35,377 bases of DNA from assembly GCA_039803045.1 (NCBI GenBank), contig JBDRXT010000001.1, positions 1 to 35,377 of the forward strand. The letters are read 5' to 3'. Within the stretch, counting starts at the first letter, position 1, and the number at the start of each line of letters is the position of its first letter. Shown one piece after another: positions 1-8,282 of this stretch. Source of the stretch: a candidate division WOR-3 bacterium. Lineage in GTDB: Bacteria; Hydrothermota; Hydrothermia; LBFQ01; DSFT01. Both the position numbers and the translations under genes were made by a program. The notes beneath the pieces are model-generated. The model saw only the letters and a list, made by a program, of their open reading frames with translations, was not told where the DNA came from and did not search any database.

Positions 1-1
1 T

Positions 2-70
2 CACGTAGTAAAGATTAAATTACATCCAGAAGTAATAGCGAATTTAAAGATTTCTGTCGAAAAAGAATGA
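2..70 (+). CDS. 3' end of an unidentified upstream CDS (partial, runs off the window)
   Basis: Frame 2 is open from the window edge (HVVKIKLHPEVIANLKISVEKE*). Its TGA (68-70) overlaps the next gene's ATG (67-69) as ATGA, the coupling style seen throughout this window. Confidence 0.3.
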   Translation, partial: HVVKIKLHPEVIANLKISVEKE

Positions 71-513
71 AAAATCTTATAGAGGTAGAAGTTGAAAATG
101 TAATATTTATAAGAAATGATGAAGGGGATAATTCATTTCTTGTACTTCTTAATGAAAAAGATGGAAAGAGAGTACTTCCCATAAATGTGGGTTTATTTGA
201 AGCACAAGCAATAGCGCGGGCAAAAGAAGGTATTAAAACTGAGAGACCTCTAACTCACGACTTGATAATAAATATATTTAAAGAATTGGATGTGAAAATT
301 GAAAAAGTTATAATAAACGATTTAATAAAAGATGTATTTTATGCTAGGATAATTGTAAGGAAAGACGATAAACTTTTAAGTATAGATGCGAGGCCTTCCG
401 ATTCAATAGCAATAGCTATTTTAGCAAATGTTCCAATTTTTGTAAGTTCAAGTGTAATGGAAAGAGCAAGCCAAGAAATAGAAGAAGATGAAAATGGTGG
501 TTTAGAAGCTTAA
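67..513 (+). CDS. bifunctional nuclease family protein (BFN/DUF151)
   Basis: 148 aa. Family-typical motifs LPINVGLFEAQAIA, RPLTHDL and DARPSDSIAIA. Confidence 0.8.
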   Translation: MKNLIEVEVENVIFIRNDEGDNSFLVLLNEKDGKRVLPINVGLFEAQAIARAKEGIKTERPLTHDLIINIFKELDVKIEKVIINDLIKDVFYARIIVRKDDKLLSIDARPSDSIAIAILANVPIFVSSSVMERASQEIEEDENGGLEA

Positions 514-1269
514 TATTGTCTCTGAAAGTAATTTGTAAATTCTCAAAATGTTTTCTTCATTTTTTAAAATTTCTAAATGTTTACTTATTAGTTCATAATC
601 TTTTCTCTTTGCAGGACCTGTTAATGCATTACTTGGTCCGTGTTTTATAGCATTTTTAAGAGTAGTTTGAATAAGAGGGATAAGAACTTTAAAATCCTTA
701 TCTTTTATAGCTATATTTATTAGTTTATCGCTTATAATCCACATTAAATCAACAAAATTACTTGCAAATATACAAGCAATATGATATAACATTTTCTTAT
801 CCTTTTCAATCCTTATAATTTTGCTATTAAAGAAACTTACAAATTTTCTTGCTACTTTAAATTTTTCCCCTTCAAAAGAAAAGAAAATGTTATTTAAGAG
901 CTTATAATCAGGACGTGGAAAAGTTTGAATTGGATGAATACTGCCAATATAAGCTTTATTTAATCCTTTTAAAATATCACTTGTGAATGACCCACTTGTG
1001 TGATAAACAATTTTTCCACTTAAATCAAATTTTTTTAGAATTTCAACAATATTTAATATTTTGTCATCTCTTACGCAAATTAAAATAAGATTTACTTTAC
1101 TTAAAAACTTTTCCAAATTATCGTAATTGTAAAACTCGATAAATCTTTCTTTATTAATAGATTTTGATGTTAAGACATAAATTTTTTTTCTTTTCTTTTT
1201 GAAATAACTACAAATTGAACCTCCAACATTTCCATAACCAATAATCCCAACTCTTATATTATCTTTCAT
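502..1269 (-). CDS. Rossmann-fold NAD(P)-binding plus DUF2520 domain protein (ProC-like oxidoreductase family)
   Basis: N-terminal GIIGYGNVGG dinucleotide-binding motif and C-terminal LTGPAKRKD DUF2520-like motif. I chose the first ATG (1269); the ORF-track start at 1299 is a TTG. Confidence 0.7.
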   Translation of the reverse strand: MKDNIRVGIIGYGNVGGSICSYFKKKRKKIYVLTSKSINKERFIEFYNYDNLEKFLSKVNLILICVRDDKILNIVEILKKFDLSGKIVYHTSGSFTSDILKGLNKAYIGSIHPIQTFPRPDYKLLNNIFFSFEGEKFKVARKFVSFFNSKIIRIEKDKKMLYHIACIFASNFVDLMWIISDKLINIAIKDKDFKVLIPLIQTTLKNAIKHGPSNALTGPAKRKDYELISKHLEILKNEENILRIYKLLSETILSF

Positions 1270-1870
1270 AAATAATTGCAACTCCAAAACTATCTCCAAG
1301 ATAACTATGATAGAAATAATTCAATTTCAAAAATTTATATTTATAACCTATAGTAAATCCATTGCTGTTTGTTCCAAAAGCTAAATAAAAATTTGAATAC
1401 TCATTTATTTTGTAATTTAAAAAGAATTTGTACTCTAAATCGTAGTTTTCTTGCAAGAAAACTTCAAAGCCTGTTACTGAGCCTTTATACTCACTAAAGG
1501 CACATATATAAGAAAAATTTAAATAGCCATAAGTAGTATAACCGCATATATGAAAATTCGAAAATGTCCTTTCAAAACCAATACCAAAACTTATTTGGTT
1601 TGGATATAAAAACACCGCGTTTAGACCAGCTGAATAAATATTCATTCCAAGGCTTATAGTGTTGATAAATTCATCTTCGACATTTAAGCTATACCAGAAT
1701 ATTCCAATTCTTTGATAACTTATACCAAAACCATATCTATTTAAAATATAAAAATCCCTCCTAATAAAACTTTGAACTTTAAAATCTTCATCGAGAAATT
1801 GGGGAGCAAATAAGCTTGAAATTGGCAATTTATAATGACTTAAAGCAGAAAATTCATAAAAGAAAAACAC
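1259..1870 (-). CDS. hypothetical protein, aromatic/Gly-rich with alternating pattern (beta-barrel-like)
   Basis: 203 aa ORF with GTG start. A promoter-like motif variant (CTATAAAATTTT) lies 2 nt upstream. Y/F/G/N-rich alternating strands. No family recognised. Confidence 0.5.
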   Translation of the reverse strand: MFFFYEFSALSHYKLPISSLFAPQFLDEDFKVQSFIRRDFYILNRYGFGISYQRIGIFWYSLNVEDEFINTISLGMNIYSAGLNAVFLYPNQISFGIGFERTFSNFHICGYTTYGYLNFSYICAFSEYKGSVTGFEVFLQENYDLEYKFFLNYKINEYSNFYLAFGTNSNGFTIGYKYKFLKLNYFYHSYLGDSFGVAIIYER

Positions 1871-1872
1871 TT

Positions 1873-1884
1873 AAAATTTTATAG
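1873..1884 (-). promoter_or_regulatory. promoter-like motif variant CTATAAAATTTT, 2 nt before GTG 1870
   Basis: Read on the minus strand. One mismatch to the consensus. Shares the 29-nt divergent spacer with the plus-strand copy. Confidence 0.4.
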
Positions 1885-1895
1885 TTTAAAATTTT
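1884..1895 (+). promoter_or_regulatory. promoter-like motif GTTTAAAATTTT, 4 nt before ATG 1900 (a second copy, CTTAAAATTTT, at 1870-1880)
   Basis: Contains TAAAAT; 7 nt from the hexamer to the ATG. No SD possible. Confidence 0.55.
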
Positions 1896-1899
1896 CATT

Positions 1900-2205
1900 A
1901 TGTATAAGATAATAGCTATTTATAAACGTCCTGAGGATATAGAAGCTTTTGAAAAATATTATACTGAGGTTCATACCCCTCTTGTAAAGAAAATACCAGG
2001 TCTTAAGGAGTTGAGAATTACAAGAATTAAAGGTTCTCCATTTGGACAAACTGAATATTACTTAATAGCAGAAATGATTTTTGAGACAAAAGAAGATTAT
2101 AAGAAAGCTCTTTCATCAAAAGAGGCAATTGAAGCAGGTCAAGATGCTTTAAAATTTTCAAACAATAAAGTAGATATTATTTTGGGAGAAGAAACTAATT
2201 TATGA
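1900..2205 (+). CDS. EthD family reductase (TIGR02118-like)
   Basis: 101 aa. N-terminus YKRPEDIEAFEKYYTEVHTPLVKKIPGL is typical of the EthD domain. First gene of a 7-gene overlapping operon. Confidence 0.75.
   Translation: MYKIIAIYKRPEDIEAFEKYYTEVHTPLVKKIPGLKELRITRIKGSPFGQTEYYLIAEMIFETKEDYKKALSSKEAIEAGQDALKFSNNKVDIILGEETNL
2147..2158 (+). promoter_or_regulatory. perfect motif CTTTAAAATTTT inside the EthD CDS, 43 nt upstream of the queF ATG (possible internal promoter)
   Basis: Exact 12-mer including the leading C, encoding ALKFS. It could equally be a codon-driven coincidence. Confidence 0.25.
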
Positions 2206-2639
2206 ATTTATGGGAGTTTAAGGAGAAAGAGGATTCTTTTAAGCAAAAAATTAAAAATTCAATCCAGAGTGTTCAAGTAGTTCAAAAAGATATTTTGCTT
2301 GCTATTGATTATGAGTACAAAGGAAGGGATATTTTTGTTGAGATTGTTCAGCCCGAATTTACAAGTTTGTGTCCAATTACTGGTTTTCCAGACTTTTCAA
2401 CAATTAAGATTATTTACATTCCAGATGAAAAAATAGTTGAATTAAAATCGCTAAAGTATTATTTATTGCAATATCGCAATGTTGGGATTTTTTATGAAAG
2501 CCTTGTGAATAAAATATTAGATGATTTAGTTTTTGTTATAAAACCAAAGTATATGGAGGTTATTTGCGAATTTACACCAAGAGGGGGTATAAAAACATCT
2601 GTCAAAGCTGTTTATAAAAGGGGGGTTGATTATGCTTGA
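2202..2639 (+). CDS. queF: NADPH-dependent 7-cyano-7-deazaguanine (preQ0) reductase
   Basis: EFTSLCPITGFPDFSTIKIIYIPDEKIVELKSLKYYL matches the unimodular QueF catalytic Cys/QueF motif region. ATGA overlap with the upstream gene. Confidence 0.9.
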   Translation: MNLWEFKEKEDSFKQKIKNSIQSVQVVQKDILLAIDYEYKGRDIFVEIVQPEFTSLCPITGFPDFSTIKIIYIPDEKIVELKSLKYYLLQYRNVGIFYESLVNKILDDLVFVIKPKYMEVICEFTPRGGIKTSVKAVYKRGVDYA

Positions 2640-3084
2640 AAAACTTTTATCAGAAGAGAGAGTAAAGATAGGAATGAAGGCAAAAACGAAAGATGAAGCA
2701 TTAGAAGAACTTGTAGATCTTCTTAAACTTCCAGATAACAGTAAACAAATTATATTAGACGCTCTAAAGAAGAGGGAGATTATAGGTTCTACTGGTATTG
2801 GAAGGGGGATTGCAATTCCACATACCAGAAGTACTATAGTAAATGATGTATATTTAGCAATTGGAATTAGTAAAGAAGGTGTTGAATTTCAAGCTGTTGA
2901 TAATCAACCTGTACACTTATTTTTCTTACTAATAGCTCCTCCAAATGATCCTGGTACAATGTATTTAATATTTTTAGGCAAAATTGCACAAATAGCCAAA
3001 AGAATAGCAAAAGAAAATGTTGATTATTTGAGTATAGAAAATCCAAAAGATTTAATTAATTTAATATTATCGCTTGAGGCATAA
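2632..3084 (+). CDS. PTS EIIA type-2 domain protein (PtsN-like regulatory IIA)
   Basis: GIGRGIAIPHTR phosphorylation-site His motif. Start set at ATG 2632, 7 nt after AAAGGGGGG; the ORF-track start at 2626 is a TTG. Confidence 0.8.
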   Translation: MLEKLLSEERVKIGMKAKTKDEALEELVDLLKLPDNSKQIILDALKKREIIGSTGIGRGIAIPHTRSTIVNDVYLAIGISKEGVEFQAVDNQPVHLFFLLIAPPNDPGTMYLIFLGKIAQIAKRIAKENVDYLSIENPKDLINLILSLEA

Positions 3085-3086
3085 TT

Positions 3087-3425
3087 ATGAAAAGTTTAAG
3101 TGAGAAATTGTTAATTTTGCAAGATATAGAGATGAAATTATTAGAGATAAAGAGTAAGGAATATATAGAGAAAACTGGTTTTGAAATTGATGAAAGTAAA
3201 ATTTTAGAAATTGAAGAGTATAAGAAAAAACTTGAGAGTGAAATTCCCCCCCAATATTTAAGAAGATTTAAAGCATTATTTAGTAGATATAATAGAGCTG
3301 TTGCTATAGTATATGATAATGCTTGTTCTAATTGCTTTTCGAGATTGCCAACAGGTATTAAAAAGCCAAGCGATAATGAATTAGTTTCTTGTAATGTTTG
3401 TGGTGTTTTCTTATATTTTCCATGA
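3087..3425 (+). CDS. coiled-coil plus C4 zinc-ribbon protein (COG1579-like, short form)
   Basis: 112 aa. C-terminal CSNC...(17 aa)...CNVC zinc-ribbon after a K/E-rich helical region. Confidence 0.6.
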   Translation: MKSLSEKLLILQDIEMKLLEIKSKEYIEKTGFEIDESKILEIEEYKKKLESEIPPQYLRRFKALFSRYNRAVAIVYDNACSNCFSRLPTGIKKPSDNELVSCNVCGVFLYFP

Positions 3426-4609
3426 ATATAAATACTGTTCTTGAAATCATAAAGAAAAATGCTTCTCACTTTTTTCCAGAAGAAGAATTTATAAAGAAAT
3501 ACGAGTTATATTTAAGTGGTAAAAGAGGGCCATTAAGAGTTAAATACGGGGCTGATCCTTCAAGGCCTGACTTACATCTTGGACATTATGTGAGTTTGAA
3601 GAAATTAAGAGATTTGCAAGAATTGGGATTTGAAATAATAGTTATAATAGGTGATTTTACAGCAATTATAGGTGATCCCACAGGAAGATCAAAAACAAGA
3701 CCAAAACTATCAATAGGAGAAGTTATTGAAAATTCAAAAACTTATATTAATCAGTTATCAAAAGTTTTAGATGTTAGTAAGATTAGAGTTGAATACAATT
3801 CAAAATGGTTGTCAAAATTAACACCTTATGATATTATTGAGCTAACTTCAAAATATACAATTTCAAAAATAATTGAAAGAGAAGACTTTAAAAATCGTAT
3901 AAATCAAGGAGAAGCTCTCTTTATTCATGAAATACTATATCCCTTATTTCAAGCTTATGATTCAGTTTATTTAAATGTTGATATTGAATTAGGTGGAGAA
4001 GATCAATTATTTAATTTTACTTTAACTCGAGAAATTCAAAAATCTTATAGTCAAGAGCCTCAAGTTGTTTTAACAGTTCCACTTTTGGTAGGAACAGATG
4101 GTAAATTAAAAATGTCGAAGTCTTACAATAACTATATAGCTTTCAATGATGAACCTTTTGATATGTTTGGTAAGGTTATGTCCATAAGAGATGAGCTTAT
4201 GGAAGATTACTATAAACTAGTTTTATATTACGACAATTTGGAAGAAATAAGAAAATATATAAGGGAAAATCCAAGAGATGCAAAAGAAAGATTAGGTTAT
4301 GAAATTGTAAAAATTTTTTATGGTGAGGAAGTTGCTCTTAAAGTTAAAGATGAATTTAATAGAGTATTTAGAAATAAGGAAATCCCAGAAGATGCATTAG
4401 TTTATGAACTAAAGGAATCTGAAGATATTTGTAATATTTTACTAAAAACTAAGCTTGTAAATTCTAAAAATGATTTTAGAAGACTTTTGTCTCAAAACGC
4501 TATCAAAGTGAATAATCAAGTGATAAGGGAAAATATTATTATAAAAGAAAATGTTTTTGTGAGGGTTGGAAAGCATAGATTTTTAAAAATTGTTAAATAT
4601 GAGAATTAG
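3422..4609 (+). CDS. tyrS: tyrosine--tRNA ligase
   Basis: HLGH (HIGH) and KMSKS motifs, GADPSRPDLHLGH, and a C-terminal S4-like domain. Start at ATG 3422 (MNINTVLE), ATGA overlap with the upstream stop. Confidence 0.92.
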   Translation: MNINTVLEIIKKNASHFFPEEEFIKKYELYLSGKRGPLRVKYGADPSRPDLHLGHYVSLKKLRDLQELGFEIIVIIGDFTAIIGDPTGRSKTRPKLSIGEVIENSKTYINQLSKVLDVSKIRVEYNSKWLSKLTPYDIIELTSKYTISKIIEREDFKNRINQGEALFIHEILYPLFQAYDSVYLNVDIELGGEDQLFNFTLTREIQKSYSQEPQVVLTVPLLVGTDGKLKMSKSYNNYIAFNDEPFDMFGKVMSIRDELMEDYYKLVLYYDNLEEIRKYIRENPRDAKERLGYEIVKIFYGEEVALKVKDEFNRVFRNKEIPEDALVYELKESEDICNILLKTKLVNSKNDFRRLLSQNAIKVNNQVIRENIIIKENVFVRVGKHRFLKIVKYEN

Positions 4610-4904
4610 AGATTTTCAGGAAATTATTAGAAAAACTTATTATGAAAGAGATAAGCAAAAAGGCATCAAGAGTGTTTTTATTTGGACTATTGAAGAAGTT
4701 GGTGAATTAGCAAAATCTTTGAATAGAAAAACTAAAGAGGATATTAAATTAGAAGTTTCGGATGTTATAGCATGGATTTTTAGTATTGCAAATTTGTTAG
4801 ATATTGATATTGAAGAAGCTTTAGAAAGATATTTTAATGGATGTCCAAAATGTAAAAGTATGCCTTGTGTTTGTAAAATGGAGGTGAATTTTGAAGGAAC
4901 TTAA
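4599..4904 (+). CDS. MazG-like nucleotide pyrophosphohydrolase domain protein with Cys-rich tail
   Basis: EEVGELAKS...EVSDVIAWIFSIANLLDIDIEEA is typical of the MazG/YpjD fold. CPKCKSMPCVC tail. Start at ATG 4599; 4590 is a TTG. Confidence 0.75.
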   Translation: MRIRDFQEIIRKTYYERDKQKGIKSVFIWTIEEVGELAKSLNRKTKEDIKLEVSDVIAWIFSIANLLDIDIEEALERYFNGCPKCKSMPCVCKMEVNFEGT

Positions 4905-5409
4905 CTATAGAGTGAATGAAAGTATAAGAGCAAGAGAAGTTCAAGTGATTGGACCTGATGGAAAAAGTTTGGGTGTTATGAGAACAGTAAAAGCGATTGA
5001 ACTTGCTAAGAGTATGGGATTTGATCTTGTTGAAGTTTCTCCTAATAGTAATCCACCTGTTGCAAAAATTATGGATTATGGTAAGTTTATATATGAACAA
5101 AAGAAAAAGCTAAAGGAAATAAAAAAACACCAAAAATCTATGGAAGTAAAAGAAATTCAATTATCACCTGTAATTGATAAGCATGATCTTGAAGTGAAAA
5201 TTAGAAAAGCAAGAGAGTTTTTAGAAGAAGGTCATAAAGTGAGGTTTAGATTAATTTTTAGAGGAAGGCAAATAGTTCATCCAGAAATTGCGAAAGATGT
5301 TTTAGAAAAAGTTATAAACGATTTATCTGAAATTTCAGATGTTGAACAAGCTCCAAAAGATGAAGGAAAATTTATTATCATGCTTTTAAGGCCAAAATCA
5401 AGACGATAG
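4891..5409 (+). CDS. infC: translation initiation factor IF-3
   Basis: INESIRAREVQVIGPDGKSLGVM N-domain and a conserved C-domain. TTG start preceded by GGAGGTG (4880-4886). An in-frame ATT also sits at 4888. Confidence 0.9.
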   Translation: MKELNYRVNESIRAREVQVIGPDGKSLGVMRTVKAIELAKSMGFDLVEVSPNSNPPVAKIMDYGKFIYEQKKKLKEIKKHQKSMEVKEIQLSPVIDKHDLEVKIRKAREFLEEGHKVRFRLIFRGRQIVHPEIAKDVLEKVINDLSEISDVEQAPKDEGKFIIMLLRPKSRR

Positions 5410-5422
5410 TCAGAATAAAAAC

Positions 5423-6526
5423 TTATAAAACAGAAACTTTTATATCAAGAAAATAAACGTTATTCTCTCTATCCTTGAACTTTACCCTTATAAACAAATT
5501 TGAATTTTTCTTAACTTTTTTCAAAAATTTGTATGTGAATGGAATTTGAGTATTTTGATTAATATCATAACTTCCAGATAAATTAAATTGAATTTCGCTT
5601 GGTGCCTCAACGCTTTCTACTGTTAAGTTGATTGGTTTATTTGAAACGTTTTCAAGCTTTATAATACCCTTTCCCCTTTTTGCTTCAAATCCTAATAAAT
5701 TGATAGGAATTTCAAATTCAAGAGAATCTTGAATATTAAAATCTATAGTTTTTGAACTTATAACTGCTTTATATTCTCCTTCCAATCTTGCTTTATAAAG
5801 TCCGGCTTCATTCAAAATTGCTATATTACAAGAATATTTGTCGTAATTTCTCAATTTTATACTAATTGGTGTTCCACTTGGACTAGTTATTAAGACATTA
5901 TAATTTTCAAAAATTGTATTTGGTAACTTGTTATATATTTCAAAACAAAAATAAGTCGCTTGATTCGAAAAACCATAAGATTTCGAATAGAAGTTATAAA
6001 TAGGTTTATAAACCACGTTTAAAGCCCTATATATTCTTATTTCTAAAAGTTGTTTTGGATGATTAATTACAAGAGCTATTTTATAACTACCAACTTCATC
6101 TATGGGATTTAATGTTCTCTCTAAGACGTTCATATTATAAGGGTTTTGCTGTAACAGAAAAGCTTCGCTTTCGCCCTGATCAGAAATTATATAAACTCTT
6201 GGAACCTCAAAATCACTTATTGGAAAACCTAAAAAATCAAATGAAACTTTTAAAGTTTCACCAAGAGGAATATCTAAAGTTTTAGGTTCTAAAAATTTTG
6301 GAATTGGTATAATCTTCTCCCTTTTCGTAAATTTGTCATATATTAAAATGTCAAGTGCATCTAGACTATTGACAGTTGTGTCTATTTTGTAATATACTTT
6401 CCTATCTAATTTCGCTTTTGTAATATTATATGGTGTTCTTAAATGAACTTCCTTGTTTTTATCATATAAGGATATGACTTGAATGTTGTAAGCAATTTCT
6501 AACTGAGAAAAAATAAAAATCGTCAT
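5423..6526 (-). CDS. hypothetical protein (beta-rich, Ig-like/CARDB-like C-terminal part)
   Basis: 367 aa ORF. ATGA overlap with the upstream 88-aa ORF. Last gene of the fabH-lptC operon. No family recognised. Confidence 0.6.
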   Translation of the reverse strand: MTIFIFSQLEIAYNIQVISLYDKNKEVHLRTPYNITKAKLDRKVYYKIDTTVNSLDALDILIYDKFTKREKIIPIPKFLEPKTLDIPLGETLKVSFDFLGFPISDFEVPRVYIISDQGESEAFLLQQNPYNMNVLERTLNPIDEVGSYKIALVINHPKQLLEIRIYRALNVVYKPIYNFYSKSYGFSNQATYFCFEIYNKLPNTIFENYNVLITSPSGTPISIKLRNYDKYSCNIAILNEAGLYKARLEGEYKAVISSKTIDFNIQDSLEFEIPINLLGFEAKRGKGIIKLENVSNKPINLTVESVEAPSEIQFNLSGSYDINQNTQIPFTYKFLKKVKKNSNLFIRVKFKDRENNVYFLDIKVSVL

Positions 6527-6789
6527 CTTAAACCCTCCTTTTCTTCTATAATTTTTATAAGCTTTTCTATGTTTTTTCTGTCTTGCAAAATTTCAATAAG
6601 TTTATCATAAGTATAATGACTAAAATAAACCGTTATAAAGGGCTTTAAAAATAATAAAAATTGTGATGAGAGAAAAGAAATAGGTTTTGAACTTTCTAAT
6701 AAAAATATTGCTATATCTGACAATCTCATTTTTACAATGCGTTCGGCTAAACTATTTAGTAATACTTCCTTCTCCTTTTCCTCTAACAT
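6523..6789 (-). CDS. hypothetical small protein with a central hydrophobic segment
   Basis: 88 aa ORF. Overlaps the lptC-like 3' end by 38 nt; an alternative ATG at 6729 would remove the overlap. ATGA-coupled to the downstream ORF. Confidence 0.45.
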   Translation of the reverse strand: MLEEKEKEVLLNSLAERIVKMRLSDIAIFLLESSKPISFLSSQFLLFLKPFITVYFSHYTYDKLIEILQDRKNIEKLIKIIEEKEGLR

Positions 6790-7267
6790 TCCTAAAAATC
6801 CTTATCTTTCTAAATTGGTCATCACTTTCAAAACCTATGCCATAGAGCTCTCTTTTATTTTTTGCATCATATATATATATACTATCGTCAGTGTACAATC
6901 TTCTTGCAAAGTCATTCCAATATAACTTATTTGTCTTTAAGAATGAACTATCTCTTGATTTAAATACAACGTTTGAAAATGCTCTCATGTCTTTGCTAAT
7001 CTTGTTCATATCTCCTGAATCTCCAATCAAAGTAGCAGAAATTCCATTTTCATCATAAAAATTCAAAACAAAATTATAAACAAGATAATAATCACCCTTT
7101 AAGATAATTTTATCTGCTTTTAGTTCCCAATTTTTTTTATTTTTTTCGTATTCCACTATAACACCATTTTCTATTCTTTGTTCATAATTTGGAATGTTCA
7201 AGTTTTCATTTTGATAAGCTTTTTTTGAGCAAGAAATCAAAATTAAACTTATAATTAACTTTCTCAT
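6752..7267 (-). CDS. lptC: LPS export system protein LptC-like lipoprotein
   Basis: Lipoprotein-type N-terminus MRKLIISLILISC. LptC/OstA-like pattern (WELKADKIIL...NFYDENG...GDSGDMN...AFSNVVF...TNKLYWN...GIGFESD...IRIFRNVRG). ATGA overlap with the fabH stop. Confidence 0.65.
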   Translation of the reverse strand: MRKLIISLILISCSKKAYQNENLNIPNYEQRIENGVIVEYEKNKKNWELKADKIILKGDYYLVYNFVLNFYDENGISATLIGDSGDMNKISKDMRAFSNVVFKSRDSSFLKTNKLYWNDFARRLYTDDSIYIYDAKNKRELYGIGFESDDQFRKIRIFRNVRGKGEGSITK

Positions 7268-8238
7268 AACTTGAATATCATAGATCCCCACGTAAAACCT
7301 GCTCCAAAGGAAACAATTAAAACATTTTGACCTCTTTTTAATAAGCCGCTTTCTATCATCTCATCCAATGCTATTCCTATTGATGCTGCAGAAGTATTTC
7401 CATATTTATGGATATTTATATATACTCTTTCTTTTGAAATGTTCAATTTTTCAGCAGTTGCATCTATAATTCTAATATTTGCTTGATGCGGAACAAGCCA
7501 ATCAATATCATCAGATTTCATGTTTGCTTTTTCTAAAACTTTTATACAACTCTCTGCCATATAACTTACAGCATAACGAAAAACCTCTCTTCCCTGCATT
7601 CTTACACCATGATCTCTATATTTAACGGTATAGATACTTGTAGGTTCTTTACTACCACCTGCTGGAAATTTTAATAAGTCACCCAAGTTTCCATCGCCAC
7701 TCAAATAACTTGAAATAATTCCAGGTTCATTACTTCTCGTTAATATAAATGAGCTTGCCCCATCTCCAAAGAGAACACAAGTACTCCTATCATTCCAATC
7801 TAAATATCTACTTAATGTTTCTGAACTTACTAATAATATTGTTTTATATAATCCGGATTCTATTAGCCCTCTTGCTATTTCAAGAGCATAAATAGGACTT
7901 GGACATCCAGCTTGGATGTCAAAACAAGGAACTTTTATATTTAATAAACCTGCTATTAAACAAGCTGTTGCTGGAAATTGCATATCTGGTGTATTTGTTG
8001 CACAAATTATTAAGTCTATATCTTTTGCTCCTAAATTTGCTTTTTCAAGTGCTTTTAAAGCTGATTTATAACCTATAACTGAAGTTGTTTCATCTTTGCT
8101 TGCTATCCTTCTTTCTTTTATTCCACTTCTCTCTGTAATCCATTCATCACTTGTTTCTACTATCATTTCTAGATCACTATTTGTAAGAATGTTTTTTGGG
8201 ATATATGAACCTATTGCTAAAATCTTAGCATAAAACAT
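7264..8238 (-). CDS. fabH: beta-ketoacyl-ACP synthase III
   Basis: 324 aa. Cys/His/Asn triad context (QAGC, HQANIRII, GNTSAASI), typical FabH N-terminus and length. Confidence 0.92.
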   Translation of the reverse strand: MFYAKILAIGSYIPKNILTNSDLEMIVETSDEWITERSGIKERRIASKDETTSVIGYKSALKALEKANLGAKDIDLIICATNTPDMQFPATACLIAGLLNIKVPCFDIQAGCPSPIYALEIARGLIESGLYKTILLVSSETLSRYLDWNDRSTCVLFGDGASSFILTRSNEPGIISSYLSGDGNLGDLLKFPAGGSKEPTSIYTVKYRDHGVRMQGREVFRYAVSYMAESCIKVLEKANMKSDDIDWLVPHQANIRIIDATAEKLNISKERVYINIHKYGNTSAASIGIALDEMIESGLLKRGQNVLIVSFGAGFTWGSMIFKL

Positions 8239-8242
8239 AGAG

Positions 8243-8254
8243 AAAATTTTAAAG
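8243..8254 (-). promoter_or_regulatory. promoter-like motif CTTTAAAATTTT, 4 nt before the fabH ATG (8238)
   Basis: Perfect 12-mer on the minus strand; 7 nt from TAAAAT to the ATG. Confidence 0.6.
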
Positions 8255-8264
8255 GGGGATTAAG

Positions 8265-8275
8265 CTTTAAAATTT
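8265..8275 (+). promoter_or_regulatory. promoter-like motif CTTTAAAATTT, 7 nt before the ALDH ATG (8283)
   Basis: 11-mer; 9 nt from TAAAAT to the ATG. No SD in the gap. Confidence 0.55.
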
Positions 8276-8282
8276 CGCTACT

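Noticed and set aside
563-572. Additional TTTAAAATTT / AAATTTTAAA hits inside coding regions (563-572, 22535-22545, 23825-23834, 24051-24061, 25093-25102; near-match 32468-32485 followed by an ATG)
   Set aside because: They lack the conserved leading C, or are not followed by a credible ORF. They are explained by frequent I-L-K / L-K-F codon strings (ATT TTA AAA, TTA AAA TTT) in this AT-rich genome, so I treat them as background.
2140-2205. preQ1 riboswitch upstream of queF and TPP riboswitch upstream of thiE (29400-29475)
   Set aside because: Both genes start in ATGA overlaps with the preceding CDS, so there is no untranslated space for a riboswitch aptamer.
3056-3469. 137-aa minus-strand ORF overlapping the zinc-ribbon gene and the tyrS start
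   Set aside because: Antisense shadow ORF with L/S/I/F-rich low-complexity translation. The plus-strand genes have clear family motifs. The same reasoning applies to ORFs 4834-5100, 6737-6925, 10240-10629, 11659-11901, 14022-14231, 15394-15582, 16145-16402, 21719-21934, 23796-24038, 25989-26237, 30811-31008 and 34076-34312.
4581-4601. TTTTTAAAAATTG upstream of the mazG-like ATG 4599 as another promoter copy
   Set aside because: It has five A's rather than four, no leading C, and lies inside tyrS. The gene is more simply explained as translationally coupled within the operon.
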